Source: Orbicella franksi
Taxonomy: Eukaryota
Length of the DNA stretch: 64,000 bases
NCBI GenBank assembly: GCA_964199315.1
Contig: OZ116701.1
Location: 8,122,001-8,186,000, forward strand
Direction of reading: 5' to 3'
Shown: positions 24,615 to 37,841 of the stretch, piece by piece
Layout of the letters: every line of letters starts with the position of its first letter
Numbering within the stretch: the stretch's first letter is position 1
The notes under the pieces: generated by a model
What the model saw: only the letters and a program-made list of their open reading frames with translations
What the model was told of the DNA's origin: nothing
The model's database searches: none
Program-made: the position numbers and the translations under genes

Positions 24615-26757
24615 AAAATCGGAGGTCTTCCCTTTGGTTTTGGTCTTTCGAGACTGATGGGTATAAATTTAGTTTGAGGTAGTTAAGGGCAATAGAACGT
24701 AGCGTTGCAACGCTACGTTCTATCGGCCTTAGCTACATCAAGAGGAAAGGCCCGACACCACCAAAACCAATGTTAAGAGCGATAGGTCAGCTAATGAAGA
24801 GAGACGATATTGTAATTACGCGACCGGATAAAGGCTCGAGAGACGTGATCTTGGACAAAACAGAATATGTCAGCCTACTGAGGGAATCATCTATTAGTGA
24901 TGAAACTAAATTTATACCCATCAGTCTCGAAAGACCAAAAGCAAAGGGAAGACCTCTGAAGCATTACCACCCACTACTTAAAAAGGAGAAGGATCTGTCC
25001 TCCATCGTGCAAAGAATTCTTCCGAAACCCATAGCCCACTCACTGATCCAAAAGGGTTCTAGGCTCGCACACCTTTATGGTTTGCCAAAGACCCACAAGA
25101 AGAAACTAGCGGTCCGTCCAATCCTGTCACCAACAAGAACCTACAATTACAAGCTTGCTAAGGGGCTTGATGAGGAGCTAAAACCTTTGTCCGTCAACGA
25201 CCAAACCGTTAATGACATCTTCTCGATTGCTGGTGATCTTCATGAGATGAAAATCGACGAACAGGACATTTTAGTGTCATACGATGTTCCGTCTCTTTTC
25301 GCAAACGTACCAGTGGATGAAACAATCGAAATCCTAGCGGAAAAAGCTTTCAAACCCGATTGATTCAATAAGGAATATGACCTCAACATCACAAAAACTG
25401 ACCTTATGGAGCTGTTAGAAGTTGCTACGAAAAACCGGCTTTTCCAATTCGAAGGAAATCTGTATGAGCAAGTGGACCGGGTTGCCATGGGCTCTCCCCT
25501 CGGGTCACTAATGGCAAATGCGTTTATGTGCAATATTGAAGAAAAATTGGAAAAGCAAAACAAGATGCCTGTTTTCTATAACCGCTATGTCGACGACACC
25601 CTCAGCAAATGCCCGATGTTTCATCTGCCTCTGAATTCTTGTTAACACTGAATGAAATCCACCCCTCACTCAGCTTCACAATGGAATTCGAAGACAACGG
25701 CAAGCTTCCCTTTCTTGGAATAGTGATTACCAGAAATGGTCCCCGACTAGATACGAAGGTCTACGTGAAACCGACCGATACTGGGCTTTTACTGCATTAC
25801 CAAAGCCATGTTGACCTAAGGTATAAACATTCTGTACTGAAGACAATGTTAAACCGTGCGTTCAAACTCTCCTCGAATTGGCAGTTCTTCCATCAAGAAT
25901 GTGAACGTCTTAAAATGGTTTTTGCTCGCCTGCATTATCCCAAAACCCTCGTAGAGGACGTAGAGGACACCATCAGACATTTTATTGAAATGAAAGTTAC
26001 TGAGAATGTGTGTTCTAAACAACAAGTATCCATGAATAAGATGCTCCCATCAGAATTGTCTTACCGTTCAAAGACCAGAAATCGGCGAATGCGGTAAGTC
26101 ACCAACTCGGTGATCTCAGTCGAAAGATTGATGCCGTTGTCCAGCCTGTTTACACAAGTCAGAATATCAAGAGACAATTCAAACCAAAGGAACATAAACC
26201 TCCAATTGAGAATCAACAAAACGTTGTTTATTATTACGAGTGTGGTCTGTGCGATGCAGACTATGCCGGCTTCACGAGTTGACACCTACATCAACGTGTG
26301 GAGGAACATAAGCGATCAACAGTCGGCAACGACGTAAAGGATGAGCACGGAAAGGATCCAGAGACCATTGAAAGCAACTTCAAGATTTTGAAAAAATGTC
26401 AGAGTAAACTCGACTGTTTGATTTTTGAAAAGCTTTTTATTCGTAAACTTCAACCAAAATTGAACAAACAGAGTGACTCGATCCGCGCGAAGCTATTTAC
26501 TTAATTATTTTAAAATTATTTTATTTCAAATCGTTTCTATCGCCTTAACGTTTTTATTACTCATGCCGCAATTTTCTTGTATTGTTTCTATGTAGTCAGT
26601 GTCTCATTAGCATTTTCATTAGCATTCTCATAATCGATTGTATATATTTGGACGCATGCAAAACTTTTACTTTTGAACTTGAAAATGACCGTCGAGCGGT
26701 CGGTTGTTTTTTAACGTTAACGCTTTTAGTGAAATCCGTTTCTAAAAATTTGTTGAT
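24615..26757 (+). mobile_element. Penelope-like retroelement, copy 2
   Basis: 2143 bp, same ends and the same shared lesions (e.g. KPD-stop) as copies 1 and 3. Confidence 0.93.
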
Positions 26758-29527
26758 TCGAAAAAATCGTTTTACCATAAAAGCATAGCATTTGTAACAC
26801 ACAGCCCTTTTTCTCCATTATATTTCCTTTCGTCTTCTTGTTAACTGATAGTAGCAATTATTTGTTATAGTATACAACAAAGCTAAGTTCAAAATAGCTG
26901 CCGGCAGATGAATCGGACTATTTTTAACGTCGTACCACAACTATTTTTTGCCTCGTACAACATGGATTAAAACCATTAATGCTAAAAATCGTCTCCTGTT
27001 ACATACTAGCAGTGTGAGTTTACTAAACTGGGAAGTGCTAGAAAGTTCGGAGCAAGTGTTTTATTAGTCAAAGAAAACTGCAAAATATTGACAGCATTCA
27101 TAACAGAAAACTCTACAGAATGTTTCCAACTAGCCGCTCCCCATGTCGTTTCTCTCAAATTGAGGCCAGTAATGCCTCATCAACAAAACTACACCACTCT
27201 CTAGACTGAAGGGCATCGACATTTATTGATTACGTGATCTTAGTGGTCAAGTATTGAAGTGCAGCAAGCATGAGAAGAGCCCTGATAATTATGCCGAGCA
27301 ACTCCTCTTTGAAATGCTGCCAACTTGATTTCGACTTCCGCTCATTTAGTCTCTCTTTGTAGCAACAAATGTTCAAAACCAACGAAAACGAAAATACTGG
27401 ATCTGTCAGAGAATACAAGATCCCGCAATTGTTGATAAAGTTCTAACAAATTTTCCGAGTGCAAAATGTGCTGACCATTTGCAATTCTTCACCGCTATCG
27501 TGAAATTATGATATTATGATGTGGTTGAGCTCGTCTTGGTCTCTTACAGTAAGGGGAAGGAAGAGGGGAGTGGAGGGAGAGAGGATAAAATGGTAAATGG
27601 CCAATCCGAACGCAACTTACAATCAGGGATTTCTGCTTGCCATTTGTACAAACCTTTGACTAAACGGTTTCTCCGTGTAAAGAGTAAATAACCTGAGTGT
27701 CATTAGTGCAGCTATGACTGCAATACGAGTTTTCTCCAATTTTACCAAGTTACCAGCGCAATCCCAAAATATTTAGTAATCAAAGCAAGAAATACAGAGC
27801 CACTGGAAAACGAACTATATACAAGAAATAACTTTCTGTATCAGTTAGACGACTCTACACAAATATAACTCGATAATGCTAAAACTAGAGACTTCTATGC
27901 TTTACTAAACCGGAAAATTTACACTGTCAGCAAGACTGGCCCAATGAATTGAAGCAGTAAAATAAGACTAGATGAGAATGTCTGGATAAAAATTTTCACC
28001 TCCATAAAGAGCATCTGCAAGGAGACAAAATTGAAGGAATTCCAGTTTAAATTAATTCATAGGATTGTAGTTACTAAAAAAGAGCTTCATCGATGTGGGA
28101 TTAAAGCGGACGATGAATATCTCTACTGTGGTAAGAAAGATTCAATTGAAGAGAAACTATTTGGTATCATATCTGGCCCATACGAAAAAGAAATATTAAA
28201 GAAATTTAATTACACGATCCTATTTATGAAATACTTCATATACACCAGTAAGATGGAGAACCAAGCTATTTACCTTTCAGTCTTTGTTAATAAAGTTTTA
28301 TTTAAGTATGGAATAGAAAACTTTAGTCCGGCATTAGCTACGAAAAACTGCCCCTCGCAAAAGCGCAGAACCTTACATAAAATTAGTTAAATTATACTTG
28401 AGAGCAATGTTAACGTTAGTAATGGAAACCAATGTTAAGTAGCCTAAGCGATATATGTGATAGTTGTTGTAATTACTAGTAGTGCAGGAAACCAATAAAG
28501 TACTTAACTACTAAAAAAAAAATTAGTGCACGAGGATTTAATTTCATGTTTCCTAGTGCTTCCAGTACCTCCTTCCTTTTGGCAATATCAGTGTGTTCCT
28601 TCACATTTTTGGAATAAAGGCGCAAATTTGGACTACATACTACATACTACTGCATTACATACTTAGCTGAGTTTTAAATGTTAGTAAACTTACCATTCCA
28701 AAATTTTGTTTCCCTTTAGGTTTTCTCTTCATAGTAGGTTGCTCACGTAACTTGAACTTATAGCTCTATTTTGGATTTGAGACTTGAGTAGGAGTTCCTT
28801 TATTCCAAAAAGTTATTTTGAAGACAGAAATTTAACCAGCCAAAACTTGATACGATCGATAAACTCATCTTTAGGTCATCTTCCTCTCGAGCTCTGGGCT
28901 TACTCAAGAAATCTTAGCTTTTAATGTACTCCTATTTCCATATATCTACAACTGAAAAGTTGTCTTTTGCCAGGTCAAATCCTGAGCGAAACAAACGTCA
29001 ATGCAAGATTCTGTCATTTACAGAATAAAGGATTCCGGCATTGACAAGAAAGTGCAAGTGAATTGAAAAATATGGTCTGAAACTTCGTTGAACTTAAATT
29101 ATAAGATCCGTCTATTAAATAACCATTTACAATAATTAAGCCAGTGTGGTTTATCTACCTTAAAGTGAACTTCAGAGTCCAGATGCCGGCTGTAGCCACG
29201 CGGTAAATTGAAACACAGTCACAGTTTACAATTAACAATTCCATGTATTTATGGAAACTTCCTTTATGGGTATTAACACAGAATCATGGAAAAAAAGATA
29301 ACAGGTCCCATTAACCGCTCTATCCAAAATAGCTTCCTCTTACACAAGTTGATCTAGGTTAATATTATGGCTATGACGAAAGGAAAAGCCACGTTCACCA
29401 CAATTTTACTATTGATAGCTCGGCAGACTTGTATTTCATTGGTTAAAACGGCGGCAAAGATACTATAAAAAAAGCTTGCAAGAAGAAAAAATATTATCTT
29501 ATTCGTCGATAGAAGAAAAGAGGAGCT

Positions 29528-29947
29528 ATGAAGGCTAAACTACTTATTCTCTTCGTGCTTGTAGCTGGCTCAATTCTCGCCTGTACAGAAGGCAGTATAT
29601 CCATTGGGCAACCACCCATTGGAAGAAAGAGAGAGGTACGCTTGAGTTTTGGTTTTTAACTACAGTCACCAGTTTGGCTTGTTTTTTAGTGAGCTTTCTG
29701 TACAAGATTACTTTAAGTAATAAGCAAAGGTTCATGCAATAAGTCTTGGAGTTACTCCTTAAAATGTTTCATTTGAATCGTTGTAACAATCAAACCACTA
29801 GTTTCACCAACACTTTCCATTTGGATTATATTATCATTTTAGTTTCAGAAGGTCCAACGAGATGTGTGCCGAGCAGCAAGGCAGATTCAATGTGATGATT
29901 TAGAAAACGAAGGAATGAAAGAGATGACTACAGGCTACAATCGTTAA
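29528..29947 (+). CDS. Secreted amidated-peptide precursor, copy 3; exons 29528-29635 and 29849-29947; peptide SISIGQPPI-GRKR
   Basis: 68 aa; in-frame 3-bp deletion inside the peptide; splice sites intact. Confidence 0.85.
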
Positions 29948-31562
29948 CTGAAACCCGGAAAACTGACACAAGAACCAAGGACTTAAGGAACGTTTTAACT
30001 GGACTTGATATCATGGGATTAAATCTGGCTTAAATTAACTAATATTAGAAAATAAAAGGAATCGTAAAAATTTAAACGTCTTTTTCTTTGTCACTTTGGC
30101 TCATTGGTCTCGATTATGGGCTATTGATGCGAATAGGTGCGAATAGGGCATTGTTAGTCGTGTGGATAGAACGCTAGATCGTCGAAGGTGCACGGTAACT
30201 CTCTCCCCCCCCCCCCCCCCTCCTAGAGTTTTGCCCCTTCCCCGTCACACTATTCTACTCCTTGGTGGTGAGTAGAAGTTAGGTTTCTCTTTTCCTCGTC
30301 AAGCTAAAAAGGCAAAGAGAAACTCAACCATTTCTTTCCATCTGTTTTCAGAGGTATAGGACTAATTTGCCATAAATTGTCTACACGATAATGATACTGC
30401 AAAATTTCGGGAAGTTTGATTTTTGCCCCAAGGATCTTAAAGCCAGTAATTTTCCAATGGAACTTGTCGTGCGACCATGTTTGCATTGCAAGTTGAAAAT
30501 GCAAGTATTATCAACATTCTACATTTACAACAACATCATGATATTGTATCCAGCAAGAACGAGTTTCAGGGCATTCGAGCCTAGTGTTTCTGGGCTTAGT
30601 TACTACACATGAGACTCATTTTGCAATGCCACGCCACTTTAAGAAAAGAGATGTACAGCTGTTTCGACAAAGCTTGTGCACAAAAACGTAAAAGCGTACG
30701 CGACAGGACCACTGTATCCGGGGTCCAGCTCGCTTGGCTTATTTTCTGTTTTGAAGCAAGACGTTCCCGTCTCCCCTCCCCTCCCCCTCTCCCCTCCGAA
30801 AAAAAAAAAACTCTTTTAAAAAGACTGCTACGACAGGTTAATGAATGGTATAAATAGCTTCTTATTAGGGCGTCTATAAGTTGAGACAACTGGAAAACTA
30901 CGGGTGCTTTTCATTATGCCAGACCAACCGGTCAGAGACCAGCGGGATTAACCCAGGAAAATGGAATAAAATTTTTCGGTCAAATCTGGACAACTGAAAG
31001 GAATGGCTCTGAACACTTTCTATTCGGCCACAAAAGTGAAAATCTACGGAAAAGAAGTAGGGCAACGAACCGATTTGTCAAAATGGAACGGCCAATTGCG
31101 GTCCGACCGGTCAGACCGAACCGAAACGGACCTTTCCACTTGACGTTCTACTGAAATTGCCGGAATTTTTTCATCTTATCTTATTTTATTTCAGGCTCTT
31201 TTTCTACTTTTCCACTGATTCTGTGTAAAGTGGAAGGCGGAAATAAACGCGTGAAAATCCAATTTGCTTGGACATGCCAAGGCTTATTGAAAGATGTGGC
31301 TCTGATTCACTTTTTGAAATGAAGTTAGACACTTACTTTAGCAGCTGATCTAGTTTAATCACGTACAAAATTGATTGCTACTTGAAGATAGCAGTTAACT
31401 AAGATAGAAAAACACCAAGGAGATGATAATAAACCATAAAGGAACAAGAAATGAGAAGATTAACTCGGATTACAAACGATGAACCTGAACATTTTAGGCT
31501 AAACTTTTCAAGACGAGCAAACCATGATGTAGCTCATTTAAATATGCGTGGCTTAATTAACT

Positions 31563-32531
31563 CTAACTTTTGCCATAGTCTTCCTCCCTAGGTATATCAG
31601 TCGTTTCAGTCAAAGAGCTTTCTGTTCGCGCTAGAGTATTTAAAGCAAACGAAAATCCATCGTTACGAGTGCCTTTTTCCTTCCAAACATCTCCAGGCTC
31701 GCTGGGATTTTGATGGTCCGTCCACGCTCTCTTTTCGTTGTCCGCACCAATGGCTTCGCTTTGCTTCACTTGTTTCAGCTTGCATTCAGTGTCCTCTCTC
31801 TTGCGGATGCGCATGCAGTAATCGCCCTTTAGACTCCGCGAAATGCGAAAAGCCTTCTTTGCAGCCTTCCTGAATTCTTTGCTCATAAACGAACACACTA
31901 AGGGATTAAACAGCGCATGCGAAAAGGCTAGTATCTCCACAGTAACAACGAGCGTCCCGAATGGGTCGAACTGGTCCATTATAGGTGTCACATGCAACAA
32001 CTCAATGACTTTTAGGGGCGTTAGACACACCACCAACACTATAAATACAACTAAATGCATTCTTATGATGCTCCTTCGCATTTTCACGGTGCCACAGATA
32101 TCAAATCGTGACCGTGATCGAAATCGTTGCACAACGGTGCGGAGTTTTCTCGAAACTCTTGCGAACGTAAAGGACAGAATTACAAGAGGTATAAAATAAA
32201 GCAAAATAAAGACTGGCACATGATAACAAAGGAAAACTAGTAAGTAGTCATCTGGGCGCTCCTCGGTACAAACTAGTCTATCTTTCGACATGGTAGTTGA
32301 GCTGAAGAAGACCTGTGGCTGAGCCAAAATACACGCTGCAATCGAAAAGTAAGTCCGCTGTCACTATGTTGCAAAGCAGATTGTTAGTCACATTTCGCAG
32401 TTCCTTTACTCGATAGAATACAAACAATATGGCTGTGTCGACAACGAAAGCGAGAACAAGAAGCGTCACATAAAGTCCAAACCCAAAAACGTGAAGCCAT
32501 TCGGGAAGCTCGTCTACAGAAAATATGCCTG
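31563..32531 (-). pseudogene. GPCR pseudogene copy 3
   Basis: Same 5' truncation and 218-bp deletion. Confidence 0.93.
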
Positions 32532-34674
32532 AAAATCGGAGGTCTTCCCTTTGGTTTTGGTCTTTCGAGACTGATGGGTATAAATTTAGTTTGAGGTAGT
32601 TAAGGGCAATAGAACGTAGCGTTGCAACGCTACGTTCTATTGGCCTTAGCTACATCAAGAGGAAAGGCCCGACACCACCAAAACCAATGTTAAGAGCGAT
32701 AGGTCAGCTAATGAAGAGAGACGATATTGTAATTACGCGACCGGATAAAGGCTCGAGAGACGTGATCTTGGACAAAACAGAATATGTCAGCCTACTGAGG
32801 GAATCATCTATTAGTGATGAAACTAAATTTATACCCATCAGTCTCGAAAGACCAAAAGCAAAGGGAAGACCTCTGAAGCATTACCACCCACTACTTAAAA
32901 AGGAGAAGGATCTGTCCTCCATCGTGCAAAGAATTCTTCCGAAACCCATAGCCCACTCACTGATCCAAAAGGGTTCTAGGCTCGCACACCTTTATGGTTT
33001 GCCAAAGACCCACAAGAAGAAACTAGCGGTCCGTCCAATCCTGTCACCAACAAGAACCTACAATTACAAGCTTGCTAAGGGGCTTGATGAGGAGCTAAAA
33101 CCTTTGTCCGTCAACGACCAAACCGTTAATGACATCTTCTCGATTGCTGGTGATCTTCATGAGATGAAAATCGACGAACAGGACATTTTAGTGTCATACG
33201 ATGTTCCGTCTCTTTTCGCAAACGTACCAGTGGATGAAACAATCGAAATCCTAGCGGAAAAAGCTTTCAAACCCGATTGATTCAATAAGGAATATGACCT
33301 CAACATCACAAAAACTGACCTTATGGAGCTGTTAGAAGTTGCTACGAAAAACCGGCTTTTCCAATTCGAAGGAAATCTGTATGAGCAAGTGGACCGGGTT
33401 GCCATGGGCTCTCCCCTCGGGTCACTAATGGCAAATGCGTTTATGTGCAATATTGAAGAAAAATTGGAAAAGCAAAACAAGATGCCTGTTTTCTATAAGC
33501 GCTATGTCGACGACATCCTCAGCAAATGCCCGATGTTTCATCTGCCTCTGAATTCTTGTTAACACTGAATGAAATCCACCCCTCACTCAGCTTCACAATG
33601 GAATTCGAAGACAACGGCAAGCTTCCCTTTCTTGGAATAGTGATTATCAGAAATGGTCCCCGACTAGATACGAAGGTCTACGTGAAACCGACCGATACTG
33701 GGCTTTTACTGCATTACCAAAGCCATGTTGACCTAAGGTATAAACATTCTGTACTGAAGACAATGTTAAACCGTGCGTTCAAACTCTCCTCGAATTGGCA
33801 GTTCTTCCATCAAGAATGTGAACGTCTTAAAATGGTTTTTGCTCGCCTGCATTATCCCAAAACCCTCGTAGAGGACGTAGAGGACACCATCAGACATTTT
33901 ATTGAAATGAAAGTTACTGAGAATGTGTGTTCTAAACAACAAGTATCCATGAACAAGATGCTCCCATCAGAATTGTCTTACCGTTCAAAGACCAGAAATC
34001 GGCGAATGCGGTAAGACACCAACTCGGTGATCTCAGTCGAAAGATTGATGCCGTTGTCCAGCCTGTTTACACAAGTCAGAATATCAAGAGACAATTCAAA
34101 CCAAAGGAACATAAACCTCCAATTGAGAATCAACAAAACGTTGTTTATTATTACGAGTGTGGTCTGTGCGATGCAGACTATGCCGGCTTCACGAGTTGAC
34201 ACCTACATCAACGTGTGGAGTAACATAAGCGATCAACAGTCGGCAACGACGTAAAGGATGAGCACGGAAAGGATCCAGAGACCATCGGAAGCAACTTCAA
34301 GATTTTGAAAAAATGTCAGAGTAAACTCGACTGTTTGATTTTTGAAAAGCTTTTTATTCGTAAACTTCAACCAAAATTGAACAAACAGAGTGACTCGATC
34401 CGCGCGAAGCTATTTACTTAATTATTTTAAAATTATTTTATTTCAAATCGTTTCTATCGCCTTAACGTTTTTATTACTCATGCCGCAATTTTCTTGTATT
34501 GTTTCTATGTAGTCAGTGTCTCATTAGCATTTTCATTAGCATTCTCATAATCGATTGTATATATTTGGACGCATGCAAAACTTTTACTTTTCAATTTAAA
34601 AATGACCGTCGAGCGATCGGTTGTTTTTTAACGTTAACGCTTTTAGTGAAATCCGTTTCTAAAAATTTGTTGAT
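32532..34674 (+). mobile_element. Penelope-like retroelement, copy 3
   Basis: 2143 bp, same ends and lesions. Confidence 0.93.
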
Positions 34675-37419
34675 TCGAAAAAATCGTTTTACCATAAAAG
34701 CATAGCATTTGTAACACACAGCCCTTTTTCTCCATTATATTCCTTTCGTCTTCTTGTTAACTGATAGTAGCAATTATTTGTTATAGTATACAACAAAGCT
34801 AAGTTCAAAATAGCTGCCGGCAGATGAATCGGACTATTTTTAACGTCGTACCACAACTATTTTTTGCCTCGTACAACATGGATTAAAACCATTAATGCTA
34901 AAAATCGTCTCCTGTTACATACTAGCAGTGTGAGTTTACTAAACTGGGAAGTGCTAGAAAGTTCGGAGCAAGTGTTTTATTAGTCAAAGAAAACTGCAAA
35001 ATATTGACAGCATTCATAACAGAAAACTCTACAGAATGTTTCCAACTAGCCGCTCCCCATGTCGTTTCTCTCAAATTGAGGCCAGTAATGCCTCATCAAC
35101 AAAAATACACCACTCTCTAGACTGAAGGGCATCGACATTTATTGATTACGTGATCTTAGTGGTCAAGTATTGAAGTGCAGCAAGCATGAGAAGAGCCCTG
35201 ATAATTATGCCGAGTAACTCCTCTTTGAAATGCTGCCAACTTGATTTCGACTTCCGCTCATTTAGTCTCTCTTTGTAGCAACAAATGTTCAAAACTAACG
35301 AAAACGAAAATACTGGATCTGTCAGAGAATACAAGATCCCGCAATTGTTGATAAAGTTCTAACAAATTTCCGAGTGCAAAATGTGCTGACCATTTGCAAT
35401 TCTTCACCGCTATCGTGAAATTATGATATTATGATGTGATTGAGCTCGTCTTGGTCTCTTACAGTAAGGGGAAGGAAGAGGGGAGTGGAGGGAGAGAGGA
35501 TAAAATGGTAAATGGCCAATCCGAACGCAACTTACAATCAGGGATTTCTGCTTGCCATTCGTACAAACCTTTGACTAAACGGTTTCTCCGTGTAAAGAGT
35601 AAATAACCTGAGTGTCATTAGTGCAGCTATGACTGCAATACGAGTTTTCTCCAATTTTACCAAGTTACCAGCGCAATCCCAAAATATTTAGTAATCAAAG
35701 CAAGAAATACAGAGCCACTGGAAAACGAACTATATACAAGAAATAACTTTCTGTATCAGTTAGACGACTCTACACAAATATAACTCGATAATGCTAAAAC
35801 TAGAGACTTCTATGCTTTACTAAACCGGAAAATTTACACTGTCAGCAAGACTGGCCCAATGAATTGAAGCAGCAAAATAAGACTAGATGAGAATGTCTGG
35901 ATAAAAATTTTCACCTCCATAAAGAGCATCTGCAAGGAGACAAAATTGAAGGAATTCCAGTTTAAATTAATTCATAGGATTGTAGTTACTAAAAAAGAGC
36001 TTCATCGATGTGGGATTAAAGCGGACGATGAATATCTCTACTGTGGTAAGAAAGATTCAATTGAAGAGAAACTATTTGGTATCATATCTGGCCCATACGA
36101 AAAAGAAATATTAAAGAAATTTAATTACACGATCCTATTTATGAAATACTTCATATACACCAGTAAGATGGAGAACCAAGCTATTTACCTTTCAGTCTTT
36201 GTTAATAAAGTTTTATTTAAGTATGGAATAGAAAACTTTAGTCCGGCATTAGCTACGAAAAACTGCCCCTCGCAAAAGCGCAGAACCTTACATAAAATTA
36301 GTTAAATTATACTTGAGAGCAATGTTAACGTTAGTAATGGAAACCAATGTTAAGTAGCCTAAGCGATATATGTGATAGTTGTTGTAATTACTAGTAGTGC
36401 AGGAAACCAATAAAGTACTTAACTACTAAAAAAAAAAATTAGTGCACGAGGATTTAATTTCATGTTTCCTAATGTTTCCAGTGCCACCTTCCTTTTGGCA
36501 ATATCAATGTGTTCGTTCACATTTTTGGAATAAAGGCGCAAATTTGGACTACATACTACATACTACTGCATTACATACTTAGCTGAGTTTGTAATGTTAG
36601 TAAGCTTACCATTCCAAAATTTTGTTTCCCTTTAGATTTTCTCTTCATGGTAGGTTGCTCACGTAACTTGAACTTATAGCTCTATTTTGGATTTGAGACT
36701 TGAGTAGGAGTTCCTTTATTCCAAAAAGTTATTTTGAAGACAGAAATTTAACCAGCCAAAACTTGATACGATCGATAAACTCATCTTTAGGTCATCTTCC
36801 TCTCGAGCTCTGGGTTTACTCAAGAAATCTTAGCTTTTAATGTACTCCTATTTCCATATATCTACAACTGAAAAGTTATCTTTTGCCAGGTCAAATCCTG
36901 AGCGAAACAAACGTCAATGCAAGATTCTGTCATTTACAGAATAAAGGATTCCGGCATTGACAACAAAGTGCAAACGAATTGAAAAATATGGTCTGAAACT
37001 TCGTTGAACTTAAATTATAAGATCCGTCTATTAAATAACCATTTACAATAATTAAGCCAGTGTGGTTTTTATCTTCCATAAATTGAACTTCAAAGTCCAG
37101 ATGCCGGCTGTAGCCACGCGGTAAATTGAAACACAGTCACAGTTTACAATTAACAATTCCATGTATTTATGGAAACTCTACTTCCTTTATGGGTATTAAT
37201 ATAGAATCAAGGAAAAAAAGACAACAGGTCCCATTAACCTCTCTATCCCAAATAGCTTACTCTTACATAAGTTGATCTAGGTTAATATCACCACAATTTT
37301 ACTATTAATAGCTCGGCAGAATTGTATTTCATTGGTTAAAACGACGGCAAAGATACCATAAAAAAGCTTGCAAGAAGAAAAAATATTATCTTATTCGTCG
37401 ATAGAAGAAAAGAGGAACT

Positions 37420-37841
37420 ATGAAGGCTAAACTACTTATTCTCTTCGTACTTGTAGCTGGCTCAATTGTCGCCTGCACGGAAGGCAGGAGAGGGCCCGTT
37501 TGGCAAGCACCCGTTGGAAGAAAGAGAGAGGTACGCTTGTGTTGTGGTTTTTAACTACAGTCACCAGTTTGGCTTTTTTTCAGCGAGCTTTCTGTACAAG
37601 AATACTTTAAGTAATAACCAAAGGTCCATGCAATAAGCCTTGGAGTTACTCCTTAAAATGTTTCATTTGAATCGTTATAACAATCAAACCACTAGTTTCA
37701 CTAACACTTTCCATTTGGATTATATTATCGTTTTAGTTTCAGAAGGTCCAACGAGATGTGTGCCGAGCAGCAAGGCAGATTCAGTGTGATGATTTAGAAA
37801 ACGAAGGAATGAAAGAGATGACTACAGGCTACAATCGTTAA
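37420..37841 (+). CDS. Secreted amidated-peptide precursor, copy 4; exons 37420-37530 and 37743-37841; peptide RRGPVWQAPV-GRKR
   Basis: 69 aa; signal, GRKRE, splice sites and Cys tail conserved; mature segment strongly diverged. Confidence 0.85.
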
